63,216 bases of DNA from an uncultured Spirochaetales bacterium (GCA_964557375.1 CAZKZZ010000004.1:5904-69119), one strand, 5' to 3'; numbered from the stretch's first letter, positions 1-10,350 are shown. Translations and numbers: made by a program. Notes: generated from the letters alone by a model not told the origin.

Positions 1-9
1 GAGGCGGGT

Positions 10-2091
10 TCAAAAATAGGAACCTGCTGAACTCTGGGACGTCTGTTCATTTAATCGAAATGATGAGGTATCGCCCCTGTACCTTTGAGACCCATCATAG
101 AAATTAATATACTGTCTTGCCCCGGAAGAGCTGTAATAATGCCCGGAAGGAAGTATTACCAGCCAGTTGGAATCTTTAAAAAGGTAGAGATCAAACAGTT
201 TATCACCGGAGTTCTTGTCCCAGGCGGTAACGGTGGAGTCGCGGTTCAAGCTGAATAGATAGCGGCCGTGAATAACGATTTTCCGGGGAACATGTCCGCT
301 CCTCTCGAACACCGTTTCTTGAGAAAAGGGAAAAACTTCGATGCCGTTATAACCGATTGTCGAATAGATTGTCGTCGGACGCTGTTCCATAGTGAATGCC
401 GCGCTCAAATCTTCTCCTTTGAATGTTTGAAGCGTATATGTCAGATCAAATGTGCGGCCGGTATGTTCCTTTAATACGGTAGAAAACGTTTCACCCTCCT
501 GCTGGAGGCCGAGACTATACAATCTGCGGTTGTTGTCATCATACATGAGATCAAATGTTAACACATTGCTGTCATAGATCGGCACGGTCTCACCCGTTTC
601 GGGGTTGATTTGAAGAAGGGGCACACTGAAACCGGTCGACCTGCTTTTCCCTGCAATTATTGCATCGCCGGCAAATGTAACCGTCTCGAGCCCGAAAGAG
701 GAGTAGGAGAACTTTTCATGGAAGGTATCTTTATCGAATATTCTGCAGGTCCCGTTTTTTTCGAGTGCGAGTATGCGGGTGCTATCGATAGAAATATCTT
801 TTAGAGGGCTCTCGAATTCTTCGTAACTGTTCCCTGAGCTGCTAAAAAAAGGATTAAAATATGCAATCTTGCCCGCGGATTCTCCTTTCGTCCACAGCAG
901 CAGGTCTCTGTCCGAAACAGTTTCGATTCCAATTTTTTCCTGAAACGGATTGGGGTGTTTTGTGATGTACACATATTCCGGTCTCAGTTTGTCCTCCTCT
1001 TTTTTGGTCTTCTTCAAAAAATCGGAATTAAAGACGAGGATTTCTTCTTTTGAAGGAAGCAGCAGCTGATCTTTGGTAAAGGCGATGTCGGTTATTTCTT
1101 TGAGTCTGCCGCTGCCGAACTCCCGGTGAGTCGACCACCTGATTTTGTGTTCGGTAATGTACCCCTTCACGTTCGATGTATAGATAGAGTTCATGTAAAA
1201 CGCTACATCGGTTATCCGTTCTTCGAAAGGAACGTCGAATCTCCGCTCAATACGAATCCTGTCCTCTAAATCGATGAGAAAGATGGTCTGATCCTCTTCC
1301 GCTTCTCTTCGGGCGACACATGCAACGGAGTTGGAGAGCGGGTTGGTCGATACGGCACCGATTCCGCTGATCGGAAGGGAGACGACCTCATTTCCATTAA
1401 TGAGGTCGATCATGTACACTCTATTACCGTCGGACCCGACCATATACCGGAGGTTGCTCGTAAAGGAGAATGTTGTGATATCGGGGGTTGTCGATATTCT
1501 CTGTTTTCTAACACCTCCGACGATATCCCAATATTGAATATTACCCGAAGGACTGTAGGTCATGATCGTTTTTTCACTCGGAGAGATGATAAATCCGGAA
1601 ACGATACCGAACCCATCTCTTAAGTACGGGGTCTGCTCTCCCGATTCTGCATCGAGCAACACCAAACTGTCCCATTCTGTAATAGAGTAGGCGAGATACG
1701 AACCTTTCGGTGAAAATCCAATATATAACGGCACTTCTCGGATTTCTCTCGAGAACAGTTCTTTATTATCCTGCCAGTTCCACACCGCCAATTTAAAAGT
1801 TTTTGCATCGACCTTTTCCACAGTTGCGATACGGGGCTGTTCCGGATCGAGGGCGAACTTCTCGATAGGATTGTATGAAACCCGGAGATTGTAGACGAGC
1901 TCTTTTGTAGAGGCATTCCAGCCGCGGACCGTCCCGTCTTCACCTGCAGAGAACAGAAGATCAAACTCCTGATGGTATTCGAGCGAGCGGACCACACCGG
2001 TGTGTCCATTGTCCACTACTACCCGCGGATTATCGCAGTAGCTGTAGGTTCCCAGCAAGATCAGCATGAAAAAAAGCAGGTGTTTTTTCAA
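10..2091 (-). CDS. secreted WD40/beta-propeller repeat protein (possible lipoprotein)
   Basis: 693-aa ORF. Hydrophobic N-terminus MKKHLLFFMLILLGTYSYC. WD40-like unit GHTGVVRSLEYHQEFDLLFSAGEDGTVRGWN followed by many beta-rich repeats. Its start lies 1 nt after the upstream gene's stop, so it is probably co-transcribed with rseP. Confidence 0.6.
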   Translation of the reverse strand: MKKHLLFFMLILLGTYSYCDNPRVVVDNGHTGVVRSLEYHQEFDLLFSAGEDGTVRGWNASTKELVYNLRVSYNPIEKFALDPEQPRIATVEKVDAKTFKLAVWNWQDNKELFSREIREVPLYIGFSPKGSYLAYSITEWDSLVLLDAESGEQTPYLRDGFGIVSGFIISPSEKTIMTYSPSGNIQYWDIVGGVRKQRISTTPDITTFSFTSNLRYMVGSDGNRVYMIDLINGNEVVSLPISGIGAVSTNPLSNSVACVARREAEEDQTIFLIDLEDRIRIERRFDVPFEERITDVAFYMNSIYTSNVKGYITEHKIRWSTHREFGSGRLKEITDIAFTKDQLLLPSKEEILVFNSDFLKKTKKEEDKLRPEYVYITKHPNPFQEKIGIETVSDRDLLLWTKGESAGKIAYFNPFFSSSGNSYEEFESPLKDISIDSTRILALEKNGTCRIFDKDTFHEKFSYSSFGLETVTFAGDAIIAGKSRSTGFSVPLLQINPETGETVPIYDSNVLTFDLMYDDNNRRLYSLGLQQEGETFSTVLKEHTGRTFDLTYTLQTFKGEDLSAAFTMEQRPTTIYSTIGYNGIEVFPFSQETVFERSGHVPRKIVIHGRYLFSLNRDSTVTAWDKNSGDKLFDLYLFKDSNWLVILPSGHYYSSSGARQYINFYDGSQRYRGDTSSFRLNEQTSQSSAGSYF

Positions 2092-2092
2092 A

Positions 2093-2710
2093 TCAGGAAT
2101 CTCCTATATATATTTTATGTATCGAAATATAGGGAGGATGCAGCAGTTCGCTGAATTGTTCATCTGATTCGATTTCGGCGAATTGATCCTCTGTTTTTTT
2201 ATAGAAGCTCAAGGGAATATGTACGATACCTATTTCATCCTCTTTGACCCCGTGGAGATGGAATACGAGCTGGTCCTCTTCAAAAGCCTCGAGATACACT
2301 TTTATCTCCGGGCTGCCCCCCGCTTTTTCGAGCAGGTAAAACTTTATAATTTCTATAATTCTATCGTCTAGACCCCACCGGTACAGTTTGATCTTTTCGA
2401 CCAGTTCCGGATAACCGATAACTACCCGATTGTGCGGCGGAAATTGTTTTTTTCCTGTCAGATAGGCTGCCCGTTCATGTTCGGGGATAAAGTACAAATC
2501 GATGTTCCTGCTGTAGTCAGCAATGTGGACCGGTAATTCCGGTTTTAATTCTTTACCGCAGAAACTGCAGGTGTAGGTAAGAAACGTTCCTTCAATAATG
2601 TTTTCTTCTACATCGGGATTTTCTTCCAGGTTTATCTTTTCCGGTACAGATATCTCTATACTGTTTTCACAAAAGCAGACAATGGTATGTTTTTTCGACT
2701 CATTTCCCAT
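2093..2710 (-). CDS. hypothetical protein with CpXC-like zinc-ribbon N-terminus
   Basis: 205-aa ORF. Paired Cys motifs VCFC ... CSFCGKE spaced like a CpXC/zinc-ribbon domain. Tightly packed between rseP and the WD40 gene. Confidence 0.4.
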   Translation of the reverse strand: MGNESKKHTIVCFCENSIEISVPEKINLEENPDVEENIIEGTFLTYTCSFCGKELKPELPVHIADYSRNIDLYFIPEHERAAYLTGKKQFPPHNRVVIGYPELVEKIKLYRWGLDDRIIEIIKFYLLEKAGGSPEIKVYLEAFEEDQLVFHLHGVKEDEIGIVHIPLSFYKKTEDQFAEIESDEQFSELLHPPYISIHKIYIGDS

Positions 2711-2715
2711 GGCAA

Positions 2716-4077
2716 TTACTGTTGAACCAGAAAGAATATATCGTTAAACGTTGTAAAGATGATCAATCCGATAAGTATGGTCATGCCGACCATTTGATAC
2801 CGATATACCAGTTTCGGTTTGAGTTCCCTTCCGGTCGTGCCTTCTATGAGGAAGAGAACAAACTGTCCCCCGTCCAGGGCGGGTATGGGGAGAAGATTCA
2901 TGATAAAGAGGGCCACACTCAATACACTCAAAAAACGAAATAGATTGGATATTCCGTCTCTCAGTCCGAGACTGAAGCCCTGTGAGGCCACTTCGCCCAC
3001 ATAATACGTAATACGTATCGGCCCGGAAACAGCTTCTCGAAGATTGATGCCCTGAAACAGTAATCCGATGCTTTTGAATACCATAGAAACAGTCTGGCCC
3101 GTTTCCGTTACTCCTTTCCCTAATGCTTGAAACAGATTCAGATCGGGTGTTTGGAAGGTCTTGTATGCGAAAGAGAAACCCAGTTGGGGACTGCCGTTAT
3201 CACCGTAGGGGATAACCATTGAGGTCTCCGTGATATCCCCGTTTCTCATATATCGCACGGTCAACGTTTCAGGGTTTGATTCGAGGTGTTCGAGCAGATG
3301 CAGAGTGTGCTCTACCGGCTTGCCGTTTACGGAAACTATACGGTCCCCGGAGCGCAAGCCCGCAATGGATGCGGCTGAGTTCTCCTGGACCGTTCCAATG
3401 ACAGGTTCTATCCAGGAATAGACACCGATTTTGCCGGCCCCCGTGTTTTTATCGAGCCGCGGTGTGATGCGGACCATTTCTGTTCGTCCATCCCGCTGTA
3501 CTGTCATTGTCAACTCTTCGCCGGGTGATTTAGCAACCTGTTCCTGAATATCCTGATAGTGGCGTACTTCCTTCCCCTCGATTGCAATGATGCGATCACC
3601 TGTCTCCAGGCCTGCTCGATCTGCCGGATAGACAACTGATGAATCTTGCTGATATTCGGATGCGAGAATTATTTTGTTGTCAAATGTCCTAATGGTAAAT
3701 CCGGCATACCAGATAACAAAGAAGACGAATACAGCAAACAACAAATTGAACACAGGACCGGCGACTACCACTCCAATACGCTTCCAGGGAGAGACGCTGA
3801 AAAAGGACCCTTTTTCTTTCGGTATCCTCTCTTCATTCTCCTGCCACGCTTTCATCAGCTGTTCTTCTCCGCTCATTTTGCAGTACCCGCCGATTGGAAT
3901 GAGCGAGAGTCTATATTCCGTTTCTCCCCGTTTGATTCCGATTAGTTTCTTTCCCCATCCGACTGAAAAAGCTTCTACTTTTATTCCGGAGAGTTTTGCT
4001 ACTACGAAATGGCCTGCTTCGTGGACAATGATAACGATCCCCAGACCGATTAATCCTATAATAATATTGAGTATCAT
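2716..4077 (-). CDS. rseP: RIP metalloprotease RseP (site-2 protease, M50 family) with PDZ domains
   Basis: 453 aa. HEAGHFVVAKL zinc motif in TM1, central PDZ-like segments (GDRIIAIEG, GDRIVSVNG), C-terminal NLLPIPALDGG motif. Conserved position after dxr. Confidence 0.9.
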   Translation of the reverse strand: MILNIIIGLIGLGIVIIVHEAGHFVVAKLSGIKVEAFSVGWGKKLIGIKRGETEYRLSLIPIGGYCKMSGEEQLMKAWQENEERIPKEKGSFFSVSPWKRIGVVVAGPVFNLLFAVFVFFVIWYAGFTIRTFDNKIILASEYQQDSSVVYPADRAGLETGDRIIAIEGKEVRHYQDIQEQVAKSPGEELTMTVQRDGRTEMVRITPRLDKNTGAGKIGVYSWIEPVIGTVQENSAASIAGLRSGDRIVSVNGKPVEHTLHLLEHLESNPETLTVRYMRNGDITETSMVIPYGDNGSPQLGFSFAYKTFQTPDLNLFQALGKGVTETGQTVSMVFKSIGLLFQGINLREAVSGPIRITYYVGEVASQGFSLGLRDGISNLFRFLSVLSVALFIMNLLPIPALDGGQFVLFLIEGTTGRELKPKLVYRYQMVGMTILIGLIIFTTFNDIFFLVQQ

Positions 4078-5231
4078 GTTACTCCTTGTGCTATTTTCTG
4101 AATTTCTGCTGTTGCTTCGGTTCGTGCGCGTTTGTCAATTTCTATTATCTGTTCGAAAGAGGTTATCAGATTTTCCCAATTCCGTTCAAGTGTCGATTCG
4201 ACTACTCTCGGTATGCCGTAATAGCCGATATGCTCAGCAATAAACCCGTTTACCGCGATTTCATTCGCCGCGTTGTAAACGATCGGGGCCGCCCCGCCCG
4301 CACGTGCAGCGGAGAAGGCTAGTGGGAGCATAGGATATTTCTTCTCATCAACCGAACGAAAGGTGAGTTCGGTGCAGTCTCCGGGACTGTTTCCCAGATT
4401 CATTCTCCCGAACGATGAATCTATCACATCAGGAAAGGTGAGCGCGTTTTGAATCGGGATCCTCATATCCGGGTCGCTTATCTGAGCGTAGAGTGAGCCT
4501 TCTTTTGTTCTTACCAGCGAGTGGATTCTGCTCTGGGGGTGGATCACTACGGAAATGGATTCCGGAGGTACGGAGAAAAGAAGGTGTGCTTCGATGACCT
4601 CCAACCCCTTGTTCGCCAACGTTGCCGAATCTATTGTTATTTTTTTGCCCATGTCCCAGGTGGGATGTTTTAAGGCATCACGGAATGTTACCCTGTCGAG
4701 TTGTGCCGCTGCGGTGTCCCGGAAGGCACCGCCGGAAGCAGTAAGAATAATTTCCGTTATAGAAAGCCCCTTGAATCCCTTGAATAGAAAAAAAAGCGCG
4801 GAATGTTCCGAATCAACAGGAAGAATATTCCTCTCCTTCTTTTCGGCAAGCTCTCGGACCAAATCACCGGCCATGACAATCGTCTCTTTGTTGGCGAGTG
4901 CTAGGTCTTTCCCCGATTGCAGAGCGGAGATTGAAGGCAAAAGCCCGTCAGAACCGGCGATTCCGTTTACAACGATATCCGCCTCGGTCTCTTCGATAAA
5001 TGTGAGAAGCCTTTCCTGCCCATGGTATTGGACGGCATCACAACGGGGTACGGCTCCGGAAAGCGCTGTCTGACCGGTATCAAACTCTTTGCTTAATTTC
5101 AGCAGTTCGCTCTCATTGAGGTGGGCCGAGAGCCCTGCTACCGTAAAGAGATCCGGATGCGACCGAATAATATCGAGAGTACTTCCGCCGATCGAACCGG
5201 TACATCCGAGAACAAGAACTCGTTTTTTCAT
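4074..5231 (-). CDS. dxr: 1-deoxy-D-xylulose 5-phosphate reductoisomerase
   Basis: 385 aa. N-terminal LGCTGSIGGSTLDI NADPH-binding motif, LANKE and VDSEHSA motifs. 4-nt overlap with rseP. Confidence 0.95.
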   Translation of the reverse strand: MKKRVLVLGCTGSIGGSTLDIIRSHPDLFTVAGLSAHLNESELLKLSKEFDTGQTALSGAVPRCDAVQYHGQERLLTFIEETEADIVVNGIAGSDGLLPSISALQSGKDLALANKETIVMAGDLVRELAEKKERNILPVDSEHSALFFLFKGFKGLSITEIILTASGGAFRDTAAAQLDRVTFRDALKHPTWDMGKKITIDSATLANKGLEVIEAHLLFSVPPESISVVIHPQSRIHSLVRTKEGSLYAQISDPDMRIPIQNALTFPDVIDSSFGRMNLGNSPGDCTELTFRSVDEKKYPMLPLAFSAARAGGAAPIVYNAANEIAVNGFIAEHIGYYGIPRVVESTLERNWENLITSFEQIIEIDKRARTEATAEIQKIAQGVT

Positions 5232-5249
5232 ACTAGCATCCTAATACTG

Positions 5250-6116
5250 TTACCCTGACTCTAACATAGCACGGATGGCATAGAAAAAAACAGGAGCGCT
5301 GAACAATACCGAATCGATTGAATCGAGAAGCCCGCCCCGTCCGGGAATGGCGGAACCGGAATCCTTTACTCGAGCAGACCGTTTCAACGCCGATTCGATC
5401 AGATCACCTAGAATTGTCGTAACGCCGATTGCAGCTCCTAAAACCGTTACCTGTAACAGCGAGCACGGTATTAGATCGTGAAATAAAAACCACCCGGCAA
5501 GAGCGATCCCGATCGAAGTGAGAAAACCGGCATAGAAACCGATAAGGCTTTTCTGCGGACTGACCGGAAGCGGTTTTCTCGACAATCGGCCGAACAATTT
5601 TCCAAAAATATAGGCGGCAACATCATTCATAGATACCATGACATAGAAAAAAACAATGTAGAATGATGCATCGGGAAGACCTGTCATCAATACCGTGTAG
5701 GAAAGAAATATTGTGGGATAGACGAGAAGAAAGATCCCGCCTGAGATCCGCTCCAATACAGTGTGTATCGTATTCTCGGTCAGTCTGAATACTTCCTTCC
5801 CGAAGATGAGAATCGAAAAAAATAGAAATATGATCAATGGAGCGAAAGGGGGAAGCACATCGATAACCACCATAAAATTCGCAGCCGGAAAAGAGAAGCC
5901 GATAATAGTAAGCAATAACGGTCCGGCCGGTTTGTTCCTCTTTTCAAAAAAACGGGCCGTTTCGAAGAGAGAGAGAACAGTTACCGAGGCAACGAGTATG
6001 TTGAAAACGAGATGATTGAGATAAGGAAGAAAAATAATTATTGAGAGGATTATGGGAACTGCGATAAAAAAGAGGAGCACTCGTTTCCATAAGGATGAAA
6101 GCTGCATGGGTCTCAT
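5250..6116 (-). CDS. cdsA: phosphatidate cytidylyltransferase
   Basis: 288-aa polytopic membrane protein. C-terminal CDS signature SALKRSARVKDSGSAIPGRGGLLDSIDS. Conserved uppS-cdsA-dxr order. Confidence 0.85.
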   Translation of the reverse strand: MRPMQLSSLWKRVLLFFIAVPIILSIIIFLPYLNHLVFNILVASVTVLSLFETARFFEKRNKPAGPLLLTIIGFSFPAANFMVVIDVLPPFAPLIIFLFFSILIFGKEVFRLTENTIHTVLERISGGIFLLVYPTIFLSYTVLMTGLPDASFYIVFFYVMVSMNDVAAYIFGKLFGRLSRKPLPVSPQKSLIGFYAGFLTSIGIALAGWFLFHDLIPCSLLQVTVLGAAIGVTTILGDLIESALKRSARVKDSGSAIPGRGGLLDSIDSVLFSAPVFFYAIRAMLESG

Positions 6117-6125
6117 AGTTGTTTC

Positions 6126-6872
6126 CTATTTTACACCGCCGAAACGCCGTTCCCTTCTCGAATATTCTTCGATTGCGGCGGCCAGATCGTTTTTGCCCCA
6201 GTCCGGCCACAGCTTTTTGCTGAAATAGAACTCCGCGTAAGCGCTCTCCCAGAGGAGGAAATTACTCAAACGCATTTCCCCGCCTGTTCTTATGACGAGA
6301 TCGGTTTCGGGAAGTTCAGGGAGATCGAGGTTTTTCGTTACATCTTCTTCGGTTACTGAGAGTACGTCGGCGGGCTGAGACTGCAAAGACAGCAGTTTAC
6401 CGTCTTTCGTAGAAAATGAACGGAGATGCCGGTTTACTGCTCGAACAATTTCGTCCCTTCCGCCGTAATTTATGGCCAGATTTACAGTAAGTCCGTCGTA
6501 GTGGGCGGTATCTTTTGTAACCGAAACGATCTCTTCTTTGACATCTTTCGGGAGCCTTTCCAGTTCACCGGAATGGAGAACACGAATATGGTTGGCCCGG
6601 TAGAAGTCGTACTCTTTTTTCAAGTGGAGTTTGATCAGCTTCATCAAAAACGAAACTTCGTCTTCAGCTCTTCTCCAGTTTTCAGTAGAGAAAACGTAAA
6701 GGGTGAGAAAACAGATTCCAAAACCAGAGGCTGCCTTAACGATCCGTTTGGCAGCCTGCAACCCTTCATCGTGTCCTGCCGTACGAGGCAGGTTTTTCTT
6801 CTTTGCCCAGCGACCGTTTCCGTCCATTATGATTCCGATGTGGGAAGGAATACTCATCTCGGAGGAGGGCAT
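6126..6872 (-). CDS. uppS: di-trans,poly-cis-undecaprenyl-diphosphate synthase
   Basis: 248 aa. HIGIIMDGNGRWA and NYGGRDEI, RTGGEMRLSNFLLWE motifs. Confidence 0.95.
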   Translation of the reverse strand: MPSSEMSIPSHIGIIMDGNGRWAKKKNLPRTAGHDEGLQAAKRIVKAASGFGICFLTLYVFSTENWRRAEDEVSFLMKLIKLHLKKEYDFYRANHIRVLHSGELERLPKDVKEEIVSVTKDTAHYDGLTVNLAINYGGRDEIVRAVNRHLRSFSTKDGKLLSLQSQPADVLSVTEEDVTKNLDLPELPETDLVIRTGGEMRLSNFLLWESAYAEFYFSKKLWPDWGKNDLAAAIEEYSRRERRFGGVK

Positions 6873-7426
6873 TATACTTCCATTATTTCTTTTTCTTTTT
6901 CTTCTAAAGCGTCATCGATTTTTTTTATAAAATCGTCGGTCATTTTTTGGATTTCATCCATGCCCCGTTTTAGATCATCTTCCGTTATGTCGCTGCTCTT
7001 TTCCTGTTTCTTTAAATCTTCATTCGCATCTCTGCGGATATTTCGAATTGCTACTCTGGCCTGTTCCGCCATGTTCTTTGCCATTTTTACGTATTCTTTT
7101 CTACGTTCTTCGGTAAGGGGCGGAATATTGATCCGGATTACCTTGCCGTCGTTATTCGGGTTCAAGGACAATTCCGATTTCTGAATAGCTTTTTCAATAT
7201 CATCTAAAACCGATTTGTCCCACGGCTGGATGACGACCAGCCGCGCTTCCGGAATGGAGACGGTAGCAACCTGGTTGATAGGGGTCGGTTGTCCGTAGTA
7301 TTCGATTTTAATCTTATCGAATAGGGCTGAGGACGCCCGTCCGGTGCGAATAGTGTTGAAGTCATCATGCATTGCATCAACACTTTTATTCATTTTCGTT
7401 TTCGCTTGTTGCAGCGTTGTATCCAT
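6872..7426 (-). CDS. frr: ribosome recycling factor
   Basis: The ORF track extends to 7462, but the ATG at 7426 (MDTTLQQAKTKM...) is preceded by GGGAGG 5-6 nt upstream and does not overlap tsf. Typical RRF sequence (RTGRASSALFD, PPLTEERRKE). Confidence 0.95.
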   Translation of the reverse strand: MDTTLQQAKTKMNKSVDAMHDDFNTIRTGRASSALFDKIKIEYYGQPTPINQVATVSIPEARLVVIQPWDKSVLDDIEKAIQKSELSLNPNNDGKVIRINIPPLTEERRKEYVKMAKNMAEQARVAIRNIRRDANEDLKKQEKSSDITEDDLKRGMDEIQKMTDDFIKKIDDALEEKEKEIMEV

Positions 7427-7436
7427 ACAAACCTCC

Positions 7437-8285
7437 CTATGAGGATAGTTCCTCGCCGACACTAAAATACGCGTAATCCGTAATCGATAGTTTTGTTCCC
7501 ACAGATTTGCTCAATTCATCCATTATTTTTTCTACACTTTTCTTCTCTTCTTTTACAAAACCCTGGTTGATTAAACAAATCTCGGAAAGGTGCTTATTCA
7601 ATTTGCCTTTTACGATACCTTGCATAACGTTTTCCGGTTTGCCGAGCTGCTCTGCCTGTTTTGTGAAAATCTGCTCCTGCTCTTCGAGATACTCCTTATC
7701 AACTGCTTCTCTGGAAAGATACATTGGATTGAATGCAGCGACATGGAGCGCGCAGTCAAATGCGAAGTTTTTGACCTCTTCTTTTTCCAATGCTGAGCTG
7801 TCTTCCGCTTTCATTTTAATGAGAACTCCGATTCTGCCTTCTCCATGGATATAATCAACAAGGAGCTCATTCTCTGCTGCTTCAATGATTTTGATTCGGC
7901 GTATCTTAATATTCTCTTTAATAGTGCTGATAAGTTCTTTTACTTCTTCCTCGATGGCAGGAGTAATGTCTTCACTGCCGGACTCTACCGCGTCGTTTAC
8001 GATTTTATTTCCGAAAGTGATAAAATCCTCATTTCGTGCAACAAAATCTGTTTCACATGAAAGCTCTACGAGGCCGCCCCGCTTATTTTGGACATTGGAA
8101 AATATTCTTCCTTCGTTTGTTGCCCGTGCGCTTCTTTTGGAAGCAGCCGCAATGCCGCGTTCCTTTAATAGTTTTTCCGCTTTTTTGAAGTCTCCGTCCG
8201 CTTCCGACAATGCATTTTTACAGTCGAGCATTCCCGCGCCGGTCCTCTCGCGTAATTTTTTCACATCTGATGCTTGAACTGCCAC
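7437..8285 (-). CDS. tsf: translation elongation factor Ts
   Basis: 282 aa. N-terminal UBA-like VKKLRERTGAGMLDCKNAL, ETDFVARNEDF motif. Confidence 0.95.
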   Translation of the reverse strand: MAVQASDVKKLRERTGAGMLDCKNALSEADGDFKKAEKLLKERGIAAASKRSARATNEGRIFSNVQNKRGGLVELSCETDFVARNEDFITFGNKIVNDAVESGSEDITPAIEEEVKELISTIKENIKIRRIKIIEAAENELLVDYIHGEGRIGVLIKMKAEDSSALEKEEVKNFAFDCALHVAAFNPMYLSREAVDKEYLEEQEQIFTKQAEQLGKPENVMQGIVKGKLNKHLSEICLINQGFVKEEKKSVEKIMDELSKSVGTKLSITDYAYFSVGEELSS

Positions 8286-8297
8286 TTTTTCTACTCC

Positions 8298-9362
8298 TTA
8301 CTCTTCGTATAGTTTATCTTCATCAACTAATTCAGTTTCAATTTCTTCTTCGGCCGATTCTTCTTCTTTGTTCTCGGCAGCGGGTTCCTTCTCCTCTTCC
8401 GGAGTGTAGTCTGAATAGTCCGCGTCTGTAAAATTGTTTTCTTCTTCCTCTTCTTCTTCTTCTTCTTGTTTTTCTTTCTCTTCACTGCCTTCTGTTAATG
8501 AATCACCGATGGTATCTCCTAATCGAACCGTCTCGACTTCTGAAGATGCAGCTACGACCGGTTCACCCTCTTCCGCGCTCGGTTCCCGGGCTTCTTCAGT
8601 ATCTGCCGGAGCTGCTTCCTGCTCTTCCGTCTCGGTATTTTCCTCTTCGTCCTGAAGAGTTTCGATTACTTCGAGCCCTATTTCATTGTCCGCTTCGACC
8701 ACCGCATTTGCAATGATCTGGGTAAAAAGTGTAATCGCCCGGATCGCATCATCATTGCCCGGAATCGGATAATCTATTCCCTCCGGATTACAATTGGTAT
8801 CTACAATTGCGATGATGGGGATATTTTTCCGCTGGGCCTCGGCAACGGCAATAGCTTCTTTGCGAGTATCGATTATGAAAATGATGCCGGGAAGCTCCTT
8901 CATCTCCTTAATACCACCCAAGTTTTTTTCGAGGCGGGTCTTTTCCTTATTGAGTTTCGAAATCTCTTTTTTGGTCAGGCTTTCGAAGGTCCCGTCGACC
9001 TCCATCTTTTCGAGTTTTTTCAATCGTAATATGGATCGTTTAATGGTAGAAAAGTTGGTCAACATGCCCCCGAGCCAGCGGTTGTTAACGTAATACATAC
9101 CGCAACGTTTTGCTTCCCGCTCAATAGCTTGCTGGGCCTGTTTTTTTGTGCCTACAAAAAGGACCGGTTTACCTTCGTGGACGTTTTTCCGGACTACCTC
9201 GTAGGCCTCTTTGATTGCTGCGATCGTTTTTTGTAGATCGATGATGTGGATCCCGTTCCGTTCGGCAAAGATGAATTTTTTCATCCTCGGGTCCCACCGT
9301 TTGGTCTGGTGCCCGAAATGTACCCCGGACTCCAGCAAATTTTTCATTGTGACAACTGCCAA
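8298..9362 (-). CDS. rpsB: 30S ribosomal protein S2 with long acidic C-terminal extension
   Basis: 354 aa. S2 core ([41 protein letters not shown]) followed by about 110 aa of E/D-rich tail including an EEEEEEEE run. Confidence 0.95.
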   Translation of the reverse strand: MAVVTMKNLLESGVHFGHQTKRWDPRMKKFIFAERNGIHIIDLQKTIAAIKEAYEVVRKNVHEGKPVLFVGTKKQAQQAIEREAKRCGMYYVNNRWLGGMLTNFSTIKRSILRLKKLEKMEVDGTFESLTKKEISKLNKEKTRLEKNLGGIKEMKELPGIIFIIDTRKEAIAVAEAQRKNIPIIAIVDTNCNPEGIDYPIPGNDDAIRAITLFTQIIANAVVEADNEIGLEVIETLQDEEENTETEEQEAAPADTEEAREPSAEEGEPVVAASSEVETVRLGDTIGDSLTEGSEEKEKQEEEEEEEEENNFTDADYSDYTPEEEKEPAAENKEEESAEEEIETELVDEDKLYEE

Positions 9363-9379
9363 TTGTTCCTCCTTAGCGT

Positions 9380-9401
9380 ATACGGAATTGCTGTTCCGTA
9401 T
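9380..9401 (-). promoter_or_regulatory. hairpin in rpsB 5' leader (candidate S2 autoregulatory element)
   Basis: Perfect 8-bp inverted repeat ATACGGAA (9380-9387) / TTCCGTAT (9394-9401), 6-nt loop, located 8 nt upstream of the rpsB SD (GGAGGAACAA). Confidence 0.3.
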
Positions 9402-9430
9402 GTCCTTCTCTTCTTCTCACCCTACATGGA

Positions 9431-10084
9431 TTACTGAGAATCACTGGGCGGAAAATATATTCCGGCAACGCCGGTATAATGAGTACGCTTTAACATGCCA
9501 TAAAATGTGTTTATTGGCAACCCTATCACATTACTGTAGCTTCCTTCGATCCGGGTAATAAAACAGGCCCCTTTCCCCTGTATTCGATATCCTCCTGCCG
9601 CACCCTGCCATTCGCCTGTATCGAGATACCAATCGATTTCTTCCGGCTCCAGTGCTGCAAAAGAGACCTCCGTTCTTACAGCTGCAGTTTCCATCCGTGG
9701 AATAGATGTGCATGTACAGTTCTCGACAGTGAGAGCAATACCGGTGAGAACGGAATGACTGCGGCCGGAGAGAGCGGTCAAAATGCGGCGTGCGTCGTCT
9801 CTGTCAGCCGGTTTTCCGATAATCGCATTATCGAGGACAATCACCGTATCGGCACCAACAATCCAGTGTTGTGTACTAAACTCATTTTTATATCTCTTTC
9901 GCACTGTTTCTGCTTTTTCACGGGCCAAGTCGACAGTGTTTTGTTCAGGTGAAACGTTTTCAATCGTTTCATCTATGTGTGCGGGAAGTACGGTAAAAGG
10001 CAGGCCCATCTGCCTCAATATCTGTTGCCGGCGCGGGGAGCCGGAAGCGAGAATAAGGGCCTCGTAAGCAGTCCCGGTGTTCAC
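9431..10084 (-). CDS. maf: Maf-like nucleoside triphosphate pyrophosphatase
   Basis: 217 aa. LILASGSPRRQQIL N-terminus, GADTVIVLD, GAYRIQG-like GGYRIQGKG motif. Confidence 0.85.
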   Translation of the reverse strand: MNTGTAYEALILASGSPRRQQILRQMGLPFTVLPAHIDETIENVSPEQNTVDLAREKAETVRKRYKNEFSTQHWIVGADTVIVLDNAIIGKPADRDDARRILTALSGRSHSVLTGIALTVENCTCTSIPRMETAAVRTEVSFAALEPEEIDWYLDTGEWQGAAGGYRIQGKGACFITRIEGSYSNVIGLPINTFYGMLKRTHYTGVAGIYFPPSDSQ

Positions 10085-10317
10085 ACTCTTCGAAATAGTA
10101 CTATCCCTCCCAGCACTCCGAGAAATGAGCCCGGGTTGACTTCCGTATATATTGAAAGCACTTTAATATCGAAACCGACGGGACCGACAGTAAGTGAAAG
10201 TGCAATATCTGCATAGGAGAGAATCCGAGTCAAGAGTTCCCATCCCAGAGTGCCGGCGGCCATACTTCCTAACAGGATAGCAAAAAATGGTCCCAAATTG
10301 CGCTTCGAGAGTTTCAT
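10081..10317 (-). CDS. small membrane protein (DUF4321-like)
   Basis: The ORF track extends to 10500 across the antisense of the tRNA. Trimmed to the ATG at 10317 (MKLSKRNLGPFFAILLGSMAAG...). Two hydrophobic segments and a 4-nt overlap with maf. Confidence 0.5.
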   Translation of the reverse strand: MKLSKRNLGPFFAILLGSMAAGTLGWELLTRILSYADIALSLTVGPVGFDIKVLSIYTEVNPGSFLGVLGGIVLFRRV

Positions 10318-10350
10318 AAGAGGCTTATTGTAGCATAAATGCGGCATGGA

